Of a DNA stretch of 64,000 nt, positions 38,172 through 50,420 are shown one piece after another (position 1 is the first letter of the stretch; each line of letters opens with the position of its first letter). The DNA lies in assembly GCF_964194155.1 (NCBI RefSeq), contig NC_135893.1:89218001-89282000 (forward strand), read 5' to 3'. Source of the stretch: Cetorhinus maximus (Eukaryota). The notes below the pieces were generated by a model. That model was not told the DNA's origin. It was given only the letters and a program-made list of their open reading frames with translations, and searched no databases. A program made the position numbers and the translations under genes.

Positions 38172-39693
38172 CTGAAAATAAAAATAGAATTGAAATAAAT
38201 AACTTTTGCTTTGGACTGTAATCATTTTGATCTATCTGTGTGGTACAATTTAAAATTGAACAATATGCCAAGTTTTTTCTTACTTTACTGTCTACATACT
38301 GACCCTTACCACACACACTACGGTCTGAATTTTACTTCCCCTCAGGAGCAGGTTGGCAGGCGGAAGGTGGAAAGGTGGGGGGTGCTGGGCCTGTCACCTA
38401 ACTGCCTTCGCTGGCGTTATACCAGAAGCAGGGTAGGTGGTGGACGATCCACCCACCCTTGGGCCCACTGAGGCCCTTAAGCAGCCAATTAATGGCCCCT
38501 TAAGGGCCTCTTCCTGCCACTGCTGGTATTTTACTAGGCTGTGGTGGGGGGCGGGGAGCCCACGCCATGTAACAAGGCCGCCAGGTATGCCAGTTGGCCT
38601 TCCTGCGGGCTTGCAGTGGGGTGGGGTCCCTCCTGAATGTACGCCCTGTGCCCTATGGAGGGTCCACTACTGCGCCTCCCTTGATGACCGCCCCACCCCC
38701 CTCGCCACATCGGCCTTGCGTTTGCCCCCAACCTCCAACTTGCTGGGGCCTACCTGACTGCCGCTGGTGTGTCTGCCCCACTCACTTGCACTCCAGGCCT
38801 CTGTCGCTGCCCCTGGTCTGGAACTGGCTGCAGTCCCAGCGGCAGCCCTCTGATAGGCTGGCAGCTCTTGGAGGCAGGACATCCAGCCACAGAGGGTACG
38901 GAAGCTACGAATTCAGGCAGCTATTGGTCTGCTGGCGGTCAAATCCAGTTGTGGCTTCCAGGGCTGGTGGAGGTGGGCTCACTCCCACTTTCCAGCTGGT
39001 GGGCGGGGCCACCGCCTACACATCAAATCCGCACACACGGGGCTGGATTTCCCCACCTTAGTTTTTATCCGGTCACCAGGGCCGTTTGCAGGTCAAGGCC
39101 GAGATTCCCGGCCCAATCTCCCCAGGAGGCGTCCAATTAAGAGGGTACCTCTGGGGTTACCGTCCAATTAGGAATGGCAGGCAGGTTGAGGAGACAGGAG
39201 GGAGATACAGTCCACCTGATTGTGAGGGTGTCCGGCAGCCTTCGCCATGCCTGCAGTGAGGGTACTGCTGAGGGGAATGGGACGAGAGAGGGCAGGGATG
39301 AAATGGAGGTGTGAAACAGCTGGAGGAAACAGCAGGACTATCCGTGACACCACTCCCCAGGAAGTAGTCAGCATACATGGCCACGGTGGCATATGGGGAG
39401 GCAGTAGAGTAGTGGTAATATCACCGGACTAATCCAGAGGCCCAGGCTAGTCATCAGGGGTCACAAGTTCAAATCCCATCAGGGCAGTTGGTAGAATTGA
39501 AATTAAATAAATCTTGATTATAAAGCTGGTCTCAGTGTGGTGACCATGAAACTATAATCGATTGTTGTAAAAACTCATCTGGTTCACTAATGTCCTTTAG
39601 GGAAGAAAATCTGCCATCCTTACCTGATCTGGCCTACTCCAGACCCACAGCAATGTGGTTGACTCTTAGCTGCCCTCTGAAATGACCTAACAA

Positions 39694-39813
39694 GGCACTC
39701 AGTTCAAGGGCAATTAGCAATGGGCACTCAGATCAAGGGCAATTAGCAATGGGCACTCAGATCAAGGGCAATTAGCAATGGGCACTCAGTTCAAGGGCAA
39801 TTAGCAATGGGCA
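39694..39813. repeat. 29-bp tandem repeat, 4 units, in a SINE tail
   Basis: GCACTCAG recurs at 39695, 39724, 39753 and 39782. Confidence 0.95.
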
Positions 39814-40492
39814 ACAAATGCTGGCTTTGTCACTGACTCCTGTATCTCATAAACAAACTGCAGTTGCAAACCTATGACTTCAGACTAACTGATCTGCACT
39901 TGTGACATTCCAATTACAAGGAACTTCCATGTTGCTCTGACCTCCTTCTGTGCACTTGCTTCCAATGAGTTAATGAGTTGCAGATGCTGCCTGCAGGGAT
40001 TCTATGGGACATGGGTAAAATTGCATTATCCTGGCGAAATGGCTGATAACTGCATCACTAACTCCAGGAAAGGTGGGCGGAGGCGGGACCACATCAGCAT
40101 ACCTGTTCAACGGCATTTTTTTTTCTAAATTTCTCTCCCACTCCTCACCTCCAAATCAGTTTCCAAGGGCCTGGGAAAACTCCCTGATGTCTAGAGGATG
40201 TGGCTCTTTGAGCCTCTTCTTCCCCACCATTGTCGCCGATGGTGTTTTTGAGAAAGTGAAGCAGTGCTGTTCTGTGGGGCATCATTGGTTTGTTCACACA
40301 TGCAGAGAGTTACAGCTCCATTGCAAATGGCTGCACCTTTGACAGGAAAAACTCACTGAAATGGACAGCCAAGTTCAGAGGGCAAATTCGGCTCCCATCG
40401 TGATACCTGGTCCTTTGTTTAGAACTCCATTCCCCTCCATCATAAACTCCACATCAATCTGCATCACTTGAGGTGTGTGCCTCGGTGACTGA

Positions 40493-40496
<4 letters not shown>

Positions 40497-40538
<42 letters not shown>
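40497..40538. repeat. (CA)21 microsatellite
   Basis: Directly visible. Confidence 0.97.
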
Positions 40539-40542
<4 letters not shown>

Positions 40543-40986
40543 CTGCATGCATTGCAAAATTGATAACGCATTGCCAGAAGATTTTTTTTGCTTCATTTCT
40601 CCCACGGCCTCCTTCCTCAGCAGCGTCATTAATCTCTGCGCAATCTCTATAGAAACAGGGATGGAAGGACAATCTGCGTCTTCTCCAGTGACTAATGGAT
40701 GAACATGTAATGACGTTCAAACCAAGGGCAGCTCAGCTCTGCTACTTATCCCAATTCCCCAGTGACAGAACTTGGCATCAAATGATGCTTGATCAGGTTG
40801 CTTGGCAATTAAGTGGCAACGTTCATCATATAAAGGATAACAAAATTGGCCCAACTTAAGCCCTCAGACATTCCAAGTAGGGGACGGGCTCCCATCACTA
40901 TGTTTGTTTACACTATGTGGTTTTGAGTTAATGTTGGGCAGCTCCCGTCTTAGACCCATTACAACTTACATCAAACCAATTACTGT

Positions 40987-41680
40987 GGGCTGAATTTTGC
41001 TGTCGGTGAGCAGGGGGCGGGGCCCGCTCGCCGACGCACAAAATGACGCAGGATGACATCGAGCGGAACCCCCGACGTCATCCCGCCCCATTTAAATTTT
41101 CAGGAAGGCGGGGGCGCAGCCAAATCAGATAATTGGCCATTGACAGGATAATTAAAGCAATTAAAGGACCTGCCCGTCCAACCTTAAGGTTGGTGGACAG
41201 GCCAGGAGCCCCGGCGGGGAATAGAAAAAACATGAAACCTCATCCACCAGCAGGATGAGGTTTCATGTAGGGTTTAAAAAACTTTAGTAAAGTTTTAGTG
41301 AAATTTATTAACGTGTCCCATCTCGTGTGACATTGTCACATGAGGGGGACATGTTAAGGATTTTTTTACCTTTCTATTTTTAATGTTTGAACAACTTTCA
41401 GCGATCTCCCTGAGGCAGCACTTAGCCTCAGGGAGATATGCGCTCTTTCGTGCGCATGTGTGAAAGAGCACACTCTCGCATTTGGGGAATTCCCCACCCC
41501 CCCCACCCCCGCCTGCACAGGGAGCGCATAGCGCTTCCCACCGGACGTCACGCCGGGCGGGCCTTAATTGGCCCGCCCACTTAAAATGGCGGTAGGGCCC
41601 GCTTCTCCGGCGGGGATCGGCTCCCCTCCCGCCGGAGATTGGGTTGGGCCCGCCCGCCCGGTAGGAAGGAAATTCTGCCC
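40987..41680. mobile_element. PIF/Harbinger-like MITE
   Basis: TIRs GGGCTGAATTTT / GAAATTCTGCCC; TSD TGT; internal palindrome ctccctgaggca...gcctcagggag shared with the 15476 and 31515 copies. Confidence 0.8.
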
Positions 41681-42025
41681 TGTGGGACAGAAACAAAAAT
41701 TGCTGGAAAAACTCAGCAGGTCTGACAGCATCTGTGGAGAGAAAGACAGAGTTAACCTTTTCGAGTCTGTATGACTCATCTTCAGAACTAAAGAAAAGTA
41801 GAAATATGGTGAAATATATACTGTTTAAGGTGGGGTGGGACAGGTGAAGCTGGATAGAAGGCCAATGGTAGGTGGAGGCAAAGGAGAGATTGCAAAAGAT
41901 GTCATAAACAAAAGGTCGAAGGGGTGTTGATGGTGGTGATACTGGCTAAAGGAGGTGCTCATGGTAACAATTACTGTGTGATCTTGACAGAAACATTTCT
42001 AAATACATGTTTAAAGAATGCTTAC

Positions 42026-42182
42026 TCTGGAGTCAAGAAGAAGGTGTAGAGCTTGTGATCTGATCCTCTTACTGATTCCAAACTAATTTTCTTTCTGGCC
42101 TTGAAGTTCTGCTCGTTTGGGTTTGTGGAATTGTGGAGGAGAACCTGAATAAAGGGCTCGGCTTCATTGGCAATGGAAACTC
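42026..42182 (-). CDS. PKD1: PKD1 exon 24-equivalent (GAIN), 157 nt (alternative in-frame acceptor gives 163 nt, ending at 42188)
   Basis: ...EAEPFIQVLLHNSTNPNEQN...GSDHKLYTFFLTP; donor CCA GA|gtaagc; phase 1/2. Confidence 0.9.
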
Positions 42183-42292
42183 CTGAATCTACAACAGAAT
42201 TAAGGGAAAAGAAACAGCAGTCATAAACTGCACAATGTATTAATATATATAGCTCTTTCCTCAAACAATTACCTCAATTTTCTTCTACATAC

Positions 42293-42895
42293 CATTTAAA
42301 ACTGTATACGTGACCTGAATGTGCAGCCCAGCTTTTTTATTCAAATTCCCAGAGGTGACATTCACAGTGACTGATCTCCTTGCAGCAATAACTGTTGTAT
42401 TAACGGTGACATTTCTGACAGCAGAGTTGGTCGACACTGTAACAGTGATGGCCTTCTCTGAATCCAGGCTCTCGATGGGAATCTGCGACCCATTGTCGGT
42501 CTTGAACTCGATGGAAGCCACTTTGCTGGAAATGGTGTAGTTCTTTATGTAGCCGTAGGGAAAGGGATTGGCGTCCACAAGGAACATAACTTGAGTTACG
42601 TCACTGAGGTTGGAAAATACGCTGTTGAAGGATGGCGGGATGGAGAACTGGCAGCCTGACTTGTTGGCAAAGCAGAGCAGGTGGCCGGGGTCAGCCCGCT
42701 TGCCCTGAGCCCACATCCTAGCACCCGACACATTCAAGGGTTCTTCGTTCAGGACTCGCGTACCCATCAGGATTTGCATCAACTTCATGGACAAGTCATA
42801 GGCCTTTGTTGCCACCAGTTCGGGTTTGAAGATAGGCGGGTTGGTGACCTTACTTATTACTGGAACCAATTGATTCGTCATATCGATCAGGCCTC
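42293..42895 (-). CDS. PKD1: PKD1 exon 23-equivalent (REJ end / GAIN), 603 nt
   Basis: ttctgtag|GA GGC...AAT G|gtatgt; RVLNEEPL, QGKRADP, DANPFPYGYIKNYTISSKVAS, AGLHIQVTY; lies within ORF 42285..42923; phase 1/1. Confidence 0.95.
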
Positions 42896-43649
42896 CTACA
42901 GAACAAAGAAATTGAAATGTCAAACAAGTCTATTCAGCTAGGAAGGTTAGTGAGAGAATGATTCCCTTCCTGCATGTTATGTGCAAGGAACTCAGAACCA
43001 CGTGCTTTCTGACGAGAATGGGAATAAGAGTATCAGGCTGCCGACTTGTTTTACGCTACTGGACAAAGTCAAGACCTATCCTTTTTAACAACATTTTATC
43101 CAGACCAGTGCTGTCTAATAAGATTTCAATGCTCGCCAAACCTGTGGCGATCAGGTCATCATTTTCACCAATGACACAAAATATATGCAGAGCATGGGGT
43201 GAATCTTGTAACAATCTCCCAGAGATGATCTGGGGTTGAGGGACAGGACTAAAGGTGAGCAATGATGCACTGTGACAGCAGCTCTGAAAAAGAATACTTT
43301 TTGTAGCAACAACAGTTGCAGCATAGCACCTAAAATATTTCAATATGCTTTCACTTCACTAATGGAGCCAGGTTAGCTTAAGGATTGTTTCTCCTGCAGC
43401 ATTTCCTACTTACTATTGACGTGGCCACGAGTTTTGTCAGACAGAGGCTGGAACCCCGTCCTCAATGGAATGGGCTGCCGCAGGATCCCAATGTCCATCT
43501 GATTAAAGTTTCTCACCTGATGAAGAGCATCAATTTGCCATATGTCTGGCTGATTCACCACGGGTGGGTATTGGATAATGCTGACCTAGACCTACAGTTA
43601 TTTTCCATTGCTGCTTGTATTTCCATTCGCCACATTGTTTAGAACTTAC

Positions 43650-43794
43650 CCACAGTGACAAGGATATTATCCCCGATGGAGGTCGGTGTCATTTTACCCT
43701 GTCCCGTTTCCTTCTGGAGGACTGTTATCATGTTGTCCAGGGCAAACAATGTCTGTTTCTGACATTTGCTACAAATTAATTCTCTGCTGATAAC
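43650..43794 (-). CDS. PKD1: PKD1 exon 22-equivalent, 145 nt
   Basis: ttgctag|GTT ATC...GTG G|gtaagt; VISRELICSKCQKQTLFALDNMITVLQKETGQGKMTPTSIGDNILVTV; not in the ORF track; phase 0/1. Confidence 0.94.
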
Positions 43795-44234
43795 CTAGCA
43801 AGAAGGACAGAGGAAAGAACCGAGTGAGAAAAGGGCCAACTTGGCTTTAGCGAGCGAGTTTCTTCCACAGACATTCTACAATCTCTTTTTCTCAGGAACA
43901 CTTTCTAACTTAATCCGAGGAAGGGTTCTGACAAGCTCTTCCTTGCCCTCAAAAGGTTATTCAGCCAAAGTTCATGACCTGCTTACCCCATTGATGAAGT
44001 GTAGAATCAAATAGCCGTTCCAACAAGGAGACAGGCTGTGTGGTCCAACCTGTTCATCTTGGGGCTTATCCCCCAAACGAACAGTAGTCCCCATCCTCTG
44101 TACGCACTCTGATCTCAAATCCCTTCATTAACTTTTCCTTCAACTGCCTAGCTCACCGAATCTACATGGGCCAGGATTTTCTTGGAAATAACTTCACTGA
44201 AAACACCACTTATATTGCAAAAAAGAATTTAAAA

Positions 44235-44675
44235 ATAGTTGCATTTCTATGGCGCCTTTCACAGCCTCAGGATGTCCCAAAGTGCCTTGCAGCCGATTAA
44301 GTACTTTGAAGTGCAGTCGCTGTTGCAATGAAAGGAAACGTGGCAGTCAAGTTGTGCACAGCAAGCTCCCACAAACAGCAGTACGATAATGCTCAGTTTT
44401 AGTGATGTTGGTTGAGGGAAAAGTATTGGCCATGATGCCAAGCAGAACTCCCTTACTCTTCTACAAATAATACCATGGTATCTTTTTCATCCACCTGAGA
44501 GGACAGATGGGCCTTGGTTTAATGCCTCATCGGAAAATGGCACCACTAGCAATGCAGCACTCCCTCAGTACTGCACTGGCGTGTCAACCTAGATATTTGC
44601 ATCCAAGTCTCTAGAGCAGGAATTGAACCCACAACCTTCCGACTCTAGAGGTGAGCGTGCTACCCACTCAGCCAT
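44235..44675 (-). mobile_element. tRNA-derived Deu-domain SINE (SacSINE1/AmnSINE-like)
   Basis: A box TGGCTGAGTGG, B box GGTTCAATTCC, core actgagggagtgctgca...tgctgtttgtgggagcttgctgtgc. Other copies ~1570-1979(+), 5400-5605(+), 19805-20090(-), 30225-30650(-), 49770-50030(+). Family name is from recall. Confidence 0.75.
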
Positions 44676-45603
44676 GTTTTCCACCCCATTTCTACAGAGC
44701 GGATGTTGACTGTGAGGAAACCCCTGAGCATAGTCACTGACTCTGGCCGTGCTGTGCACTGCATCACAGCCGCCGATCCAAAAGTCTCCTGCTAGGATTC
44801 GCCTAGTTTGCATCAGCAAGTTGCGGGGAAAAAAGGATCTCCAAAACGGCGGGGTAACTCCTGAAATTCAAATCTCTCCTTGCATTTATTGAATTGGGCA
44901 AACGAAACAAGTCAAAGGGAAGAGGAAAGTGACACAGTGGGGTCAATTTCCTTGGCATTTCTCCCATTCTTGCACATATGGGGAAACTCCATTTACGCAC
45001 ATACAGGGGATTTCTGTCAAACTTCGCTGAACGAGAACATCTGAGGAGCTTTACTCCCATTGTGCAGGTCCGTTCCTTCCTAGCATCATGCACTTGTGGA
45101 AGTGGCAGGAGCTGTTGTTTCTCTTTGCTTAGGTGAGAAACATAAATTAGTTCAATATTATATCCAAGCTGTGGCCATGGTTCTGAATTGGTGCAGTGAA
45201 TACATCGAAATTATAGAATGGTACAACACAGGAGGGGGCCATTCAGCCCATTGTCCTTGTGTCAGCTCTTTCAAAGAGCAATTAGACCCGCTACCCTTTA
45301 TTCATTCCCTATAACCATGCAAATTTTTCAGCACAGGCTGAATGGGCCAAATGGTATCCTTCTGTATTGTTTGATCCTAAGATATTCAATTTCCTTTGAA
45401 AAGTTACTGTTGAATCTGCTCCTATCACCTTTGCAGACAGTGCCCTCCAGATTGTAAACACTCCCCATGTCAAAAAAAAACTCACCTTTCCCCTGATTTT
45501 GCCAAAATCGTAAAATGGCGTCATAAACCCAAATCATTTAACTCCTCTCTCTAGCTGAATTTCCAAGCGACTGCTCCCATTTGTTGGGGTTACTGAAGGC
45601 ACT

Positions 45604-45738
45604 GGCTGGAATTTTCCAGCCCCACCCCCCCACCGTGGTGGGCTCCCCCACAACGGGGCCGGCGAGCCACTGAAATCTCCGTTCACGTCGGCGAGTCCGG
45701 AAGATCCCGCCAGGGTGAGGGGCTGGGAAATCCCAGCC
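45604..45738. mobile_element. Mini Harbinger-like MITE (135 bp), 41 bp from the exon 21 donor
   Basis: TIRs GGCTGGAATTTTCCAGCCCC / GGGGCTGGGAAATCCCAGCC; TSD ACT. Similar ~130-bp copies at 5144-5271, 33858-33987 (TSD AAA) and 36243-36368. Confidence 0.75.
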
Positions 45739-45779
45739 ACTGTTTTTACCCCTTGTGTAGGGGATGAGAGAGTCCTTAC

Positions 45780-45932
45780 CGTACATTGTGCCAAGGCTGC
45801 GGAGATCTGCTGGATGTCATCCACAGTGGTGACTTTCAGTGACGTCAGGGCCAACGTGATATTACTGCGGATGTTAATCCTGCTAATTGTTTCGTTTGTC
45901 CACTCCGCTTCGTAGATTTTGCTCCTTTCGTA
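45780..45932 (-). CDS. PKD1: PKD1 exon 21-equivalent, 153 nt
   Basis: cctgcag|TAC GAA AGG...ACG|gtaagg; YERSKIYEAEW...LKVTTVDDIQQISAALAQCT; phase 0/0. Confidence 0.95.
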
Positions 45933-47482
45933 CTGCAGGGGATGTTTTTAAAAATGGAATGGACGTGGGTTAGTCAAAAATCAGATAACATTGATTCATG
46001 TTGTAGATTTCTCTGTGGCTCGAGCATAAAAGATCCCTGTCACCTCCCACATTCCCCTGTGTAATGGTCTTTTAGATTGGAATTTCTCGTTGTAGTAATG
46101 AGTTCAAACTCACCTCTGTGTGGTAACTTCTGTTTGGATCCTGCTCACCTTTTGACTTGGTTGTCACAAATTCAGCCTGTTGCAAAATCCATTCTGCATG
46201 CCATGAGTTCAGCTGCCTTTTGTTTTATTTGTTTTTTCGGATGTGGGTGTCGCCGGCAAGGCCAGCATTTATTGCCCATCCTTAACTGACCTTGAGAAGG
46301 TGGCGGTGAGCCATCTTACACGAGGCACGGATCTCTGGAATTCCTTCCCTAAACCTCTCCACCTCTCTACCTCACTTTCACCCGGTAAGTCACATCTTTA
46401 AACCCAGCTCTTTGACTGAGCTTTCGGTCACCTGTCCTAATATCTCCTTTCGTGGTTCGGTGTCAAAAAATGTCAGGTAATACTCCTATGAAGCACCTTG
46501 GGAGCATTTTATTATGCTAAAGGTGCTATATAAATGCACTTGTATCAAATAATTTTTGTTAACAGCACTTTAAATACACTGGCCACCAAGGTTAGGCGCA
46601 GCGGGAGCGAAATTCCTCCTGTTGATAATGTTAAGCAACGAGAAAAGATCAATATGGCTTTCTCATTAAAATTATTGGCAGGAGGGATTTCCTCTGGGAT
46701 GGGGTTAGGGAGGGGTTGCAGTGCTTGATGCTGGAGTGGGTTTGGTACATTCGCCTTGTGTTCTAGCACCCTGGCTGGTGGCTATCAACACCCTTTGAAG
46801 GAGGCATGGGCCACATAATAAAGACTGCCCATAATGTGGCACCAATTGGCATCACAGAATCACCAAAGCGCAGCAAGAGGCCGTTCAGCCCATCGTGTCT
46901 GCACTGGCTCTCCGAATGAGCAATTCGCTTCGTGCCATTCTCCCGCCTTCTCTCCATAACCCTGCACGTTTTTCCTTTTCAGATATCAGTCTGATTCCCT
47001 TTTGAATGCTTCTCGTAGAGCCCACAAGAATGGCTGGTGTGGGAACATGTCAGTGGACACCTCTCCTCATACATCGCTCAATTCTGGAATGAACCTGAAA
47101 TGTGTGACAGATTTTACTAAACATTGCTGCACCATTTAATAAGCCTCATGCTCTTTATGGGATGGTGCAAAAGACCCAAATGCTGGACACACTATTATCG
47201 CTTGTGTCACCTTATTCAACAACAAGGACCTGCATTTACTGAGGGCTGCTAAAGTAGTAAATGTCCTAAAGCCTTTGAGAGGAGCATTAATCAGACAAAA
47301 ACTGCCAAAGAAGGAGATAGCAGGATGTGTGACCTAAACAGGTGGGTTTTAAGACGTGTCTGTTGAAGGAGGAGAGGTGGAGAGGTTTAGTGAGGGAATT
47401 GCAGAGTTTAGGGTTTAGGTGACTGAATGCACAGATATGAGGCTATAAAGTGAGCGGGGGAAGTCAGTGAGCAGTACACTAC

Positions 47483-47642
47483 CTCATTGAGCACTGTGAC
47501 CAGGGCGAGGGCATACTCCACAGTAGGCTGTGGGTCGCCCTGTTTTAACAGCTCCTGCAGTTTGGTCTCAGTCTCGAGCTTCATCCAGTCAGTGAGACTT
47601 TGGAACCCTTCGGGAGTGTTTGTTATATTGATAACCACGGAC
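47483..47642 (-). CDS. PKD1: PKD1 exon 20-equivalent, 160 nt
   Basis: ttctgcag|G TCC...AAT GAG|gtagtg; ...LQELLKQGDPQPTVEYALALVTVLNE; phase 2/0. Confidence 0.94.
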
Positions 47643-48249
47643 CTGCAGAAAGCAACGGCAATAGTGAACTGAATACATCATCAAAGTATAGAACGCAAAC
47701 TCAACATAGGCAATCATGGAAGTAGAAAAAATTAACAAAGTGTTATCCACAACATTCACATTCAGCTTCACTGTACGCTCTCTCTGAACACTTACTCTTG
47801 GATAGAGAAACAAAGACAGACCCAAGTTTGAAGACATTTATGTCTGGCTCAAATCCTCCAGATCAGAAAGATGTCATCTGATTATAAGATCAGTTCAGAT
47901 GAAGAAGGCTCCTCTGCCCATTTGACCTTATCTTCCCCAATGCCATCATAATGCTGTTTCCCTAATAAAGCATTCAGCTGTATTGCTAAGTCCATTTCTC
48001 CACCTCACACTCTCCCTGGCAACAGGACCCAGATGTTGATCTGTCTCACTGTACGAAATATGGTCAAGAAACCTCAAGGCAGAGATCTAAACTAAACTCC
48101 AGTGACAATAACTCGATTCAATGTGGCAAGAACGAACAACTTCAGAATGAGCCCAAACCTTTGGAACCTTACTGACATTTAACCTTTTCGATAAACTTAT
48201 TAGGTAATCTAGCACCTTAAAGTAGAAATGAGAGGATATAATTCTTTAT

Positions 48250-48602
48250 CTGTTCATAGGATGCAGTCATCGCTGGCTAGGCCAACATTTATTGCCCATC
48301 CCTAATTGGTCTTGTTCAGAGGGCATTTTTAAGAATCAACCACATTGCTGTGGGTCTGGAGTCACATGTAGGCCAGATCAGGTAAGGATGGCAGATTTCC
48401 TTCTCTAAAGGACATTAGTGAACCAGATGGGTTTTTACAACAAAAAGCAATGGTTTCATGGTCATCATCATCAGACTTTTAATTCCAGATTTTTATTGAA
48501 TTCAAATTCACCATCTGCCATGGTGGGATTTGAACCCAGGTCCCCAGAGCATTACCCTGGGTCTCTGAAATACTAGTCCAGTGACAATACCACTACGCCA
48601 TT
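48250..48602 (-). mobile_element. tRNA-derived SINE whose 3' tail matches the LINE at 51545-54415
   Basis: A box TGGCGTAGTGG, B box GGTTCAAATCC, tail ...aattagggatgggcaataaatg. Copies ~14165-14497(-), 32350-32680(+), 39400-39850(+), and a split copy ~25815-26480(-). Confidence 0.8.
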
Positions 48603-48771
48603 GTTGTCACATATTGTACATAATAATTTTGTATTAAATAACTGGAAATTTTTGGATTAAATAAAAGAAAATCCTTTAACTCAGCACCAAACACTTAAAA
48701 ATAATTTCAACATTTACTTATTTACAAAGGAATCAAGCCTGGTGAAAATGTAGTTACCATCACCTACTCAC

Positions 48772-48985
48772 CGGTTCAGAGCTGTTACAGAGGCTCCTTG
48801 CTGGTTCTGCACGGTGACAGCAATGTAAGCGATGAATTGGTTTGAGCTGAAGCCAGGGGGAAGGACTGCACTGTACTCAGATCGGCTACCTTTATACACA
48901 TAGAACTCGTCACAGTGAGTTCCTCCGACACCACAGCGAGTAAGGATGAAGCTATACACGAGAGGAACCCCAGCTGTCTCCCAAC
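48772..48985 (-). CDS. PKD1: PKD1 exon 19-equivalent (REJ), 214 nt
   Basis: ttttgtag|GT TGG...AAC CG|gtgagt; WETAGVPLVYSF...VYKGSRSEYSAVLPPGF...GASVTALNR; phase 1/2. Confidence 0.95.
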
Positions 48986-50143
48986 CTACAAAAGGTAAAA
49001 GGAGAGTTAGGGAGATCACCAAGAGGCATAACTAAAGCCTATATATGTCTTAAGTTGAGGCTGGTTTGTACATGTGGATAAATATAAGCTCAAAGACAAA
49101 GATTCATATAGGCCTTAATATTGGTGCATGCTTTAATATCCTAAACCCAACCTCTGTTAAACACCGGCAACACTTAAAACTAGACTGTACTACCGATACC
49201 AATTTAGGTACAAAATAGTGGGCAAGATTTTAACTCATTTAAAATCCAACCACTTGGACAGAGTTAACCTCAGGCCCAGGATTTCAGAATGTTCTGATTC
49301 TGCCAGAACCAAAGTGGTATGAAGCAGTGAAGGAGGCCATTTGGTTCACCATGACTTTGCCAGCTCTTTGCCAGAGTAATTCAAAACTAATCTCAGTATC
49401 CTGGCTCTCCCAAAGCCTTGTGCCTGCCTCTGCTACACATCATATTAAAATAAGAGCAAAGCATTGATTAAATAGGCTCACTTGCTAGCACTCTCACCTT
49501 TGAGTTAGCAGGTTCACATCTCGAGGGCAGGCTCTAAGATAGACTGGCTGTCTGCTGGTAACCAGGTTACCATGCAGGTAGCGAAGGTGAAATCCTACCT
49601 CAAAGAAAGGTTCATTAAATCTACAGCTTAAAAACCATGTGAATGATTGTTTTCAAATGCTATAGGCTTATTATCATGGCTGTTCTAGAGACATCAGCGG
49701 TCCTCTTTTCTAATCTTCTAAGTTGATTTACATGACACAAAAGATCCCTTGCCTCTGAGAAGATTATGGGCTCAATTCAGAATTTGAGTACATAAGCAGA
49801 CATTCCAATGCAGTACTGAGGGAGTGCTGCACTGTTGGAGGTGCCATCTCTTTCCTAAAATGTTAAAGCAAGGCTCTGTTTGCCAGCAAACAGAACAGGT
49901 CAGATTAAATGATCCTTTGTCCACCTGCTGTTTGTGGAATCTTGCTGTGTATGAAACATGCCTGCTAACATAACAAGAGGCACTTACATGAAGTGCTTTG
50001 AGATGTTGCTGAGAAATGTGGAAACACAATGTATTCTTTTCTCTTTAACATCTACAGGATGCAGCCAAGATGATTGAAAATTGCCATCAAAGTCCATACA
50101 AAGAATCCAAACCCGCGACACAGCTGCTCGCCGTGGGGCTTAC

Positions 50144-50420
50144 CAGTACATGTGAATGTGACGCTGGTCGTCAAAGCACTGATATTTTCTGTAGGAAAAA
50201 TCAGACATTTGCCCCCAGAAGGTAGGTGTATCGGCGGGATGTATATAGACGCAAATCCCACGTTCTCCATCAGTGGATCAGTAACGTTCAGGCTAAATAT
50301 GTAACCGTCTCCATCCTCCAGAACTCCATGTCTCAAGACCAGGTTCATTTCGGTGCTCCCAGTGGAAGTGGTGGCATTGTCCAGGGTGAGCAGCTGCTTC
50401 TTCGAGTTTTCTACTTTCCA
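50144..50420 (-). CDS. PKD1: PKD1 exon 18-equivalent (REJ), 277 nt
   Basis: ctaacag|TGG...ACTG|gtaagc; WKVENSKKQLLTLDNATTSTGSTEMNLVLRHGVLEDGDGYIFSL...VTFTCT; phase 0/1. Confidence 0.92.

Noticed and set aside
38437-39140. Cluster of GC-rich ORFs of 100-155 aa
   Set aside because: They lie within a GC-rich non-autonomous transposon; long ORFs are expected from composition and no transposase motifs are seen.
48520-48602. tRNA genes (A/B boxes here and at ~44620-44675, 32355, 39405)
   Set aside because: They are SINE heads continuing into repeat bodies; no complete cloverleaf is evident.
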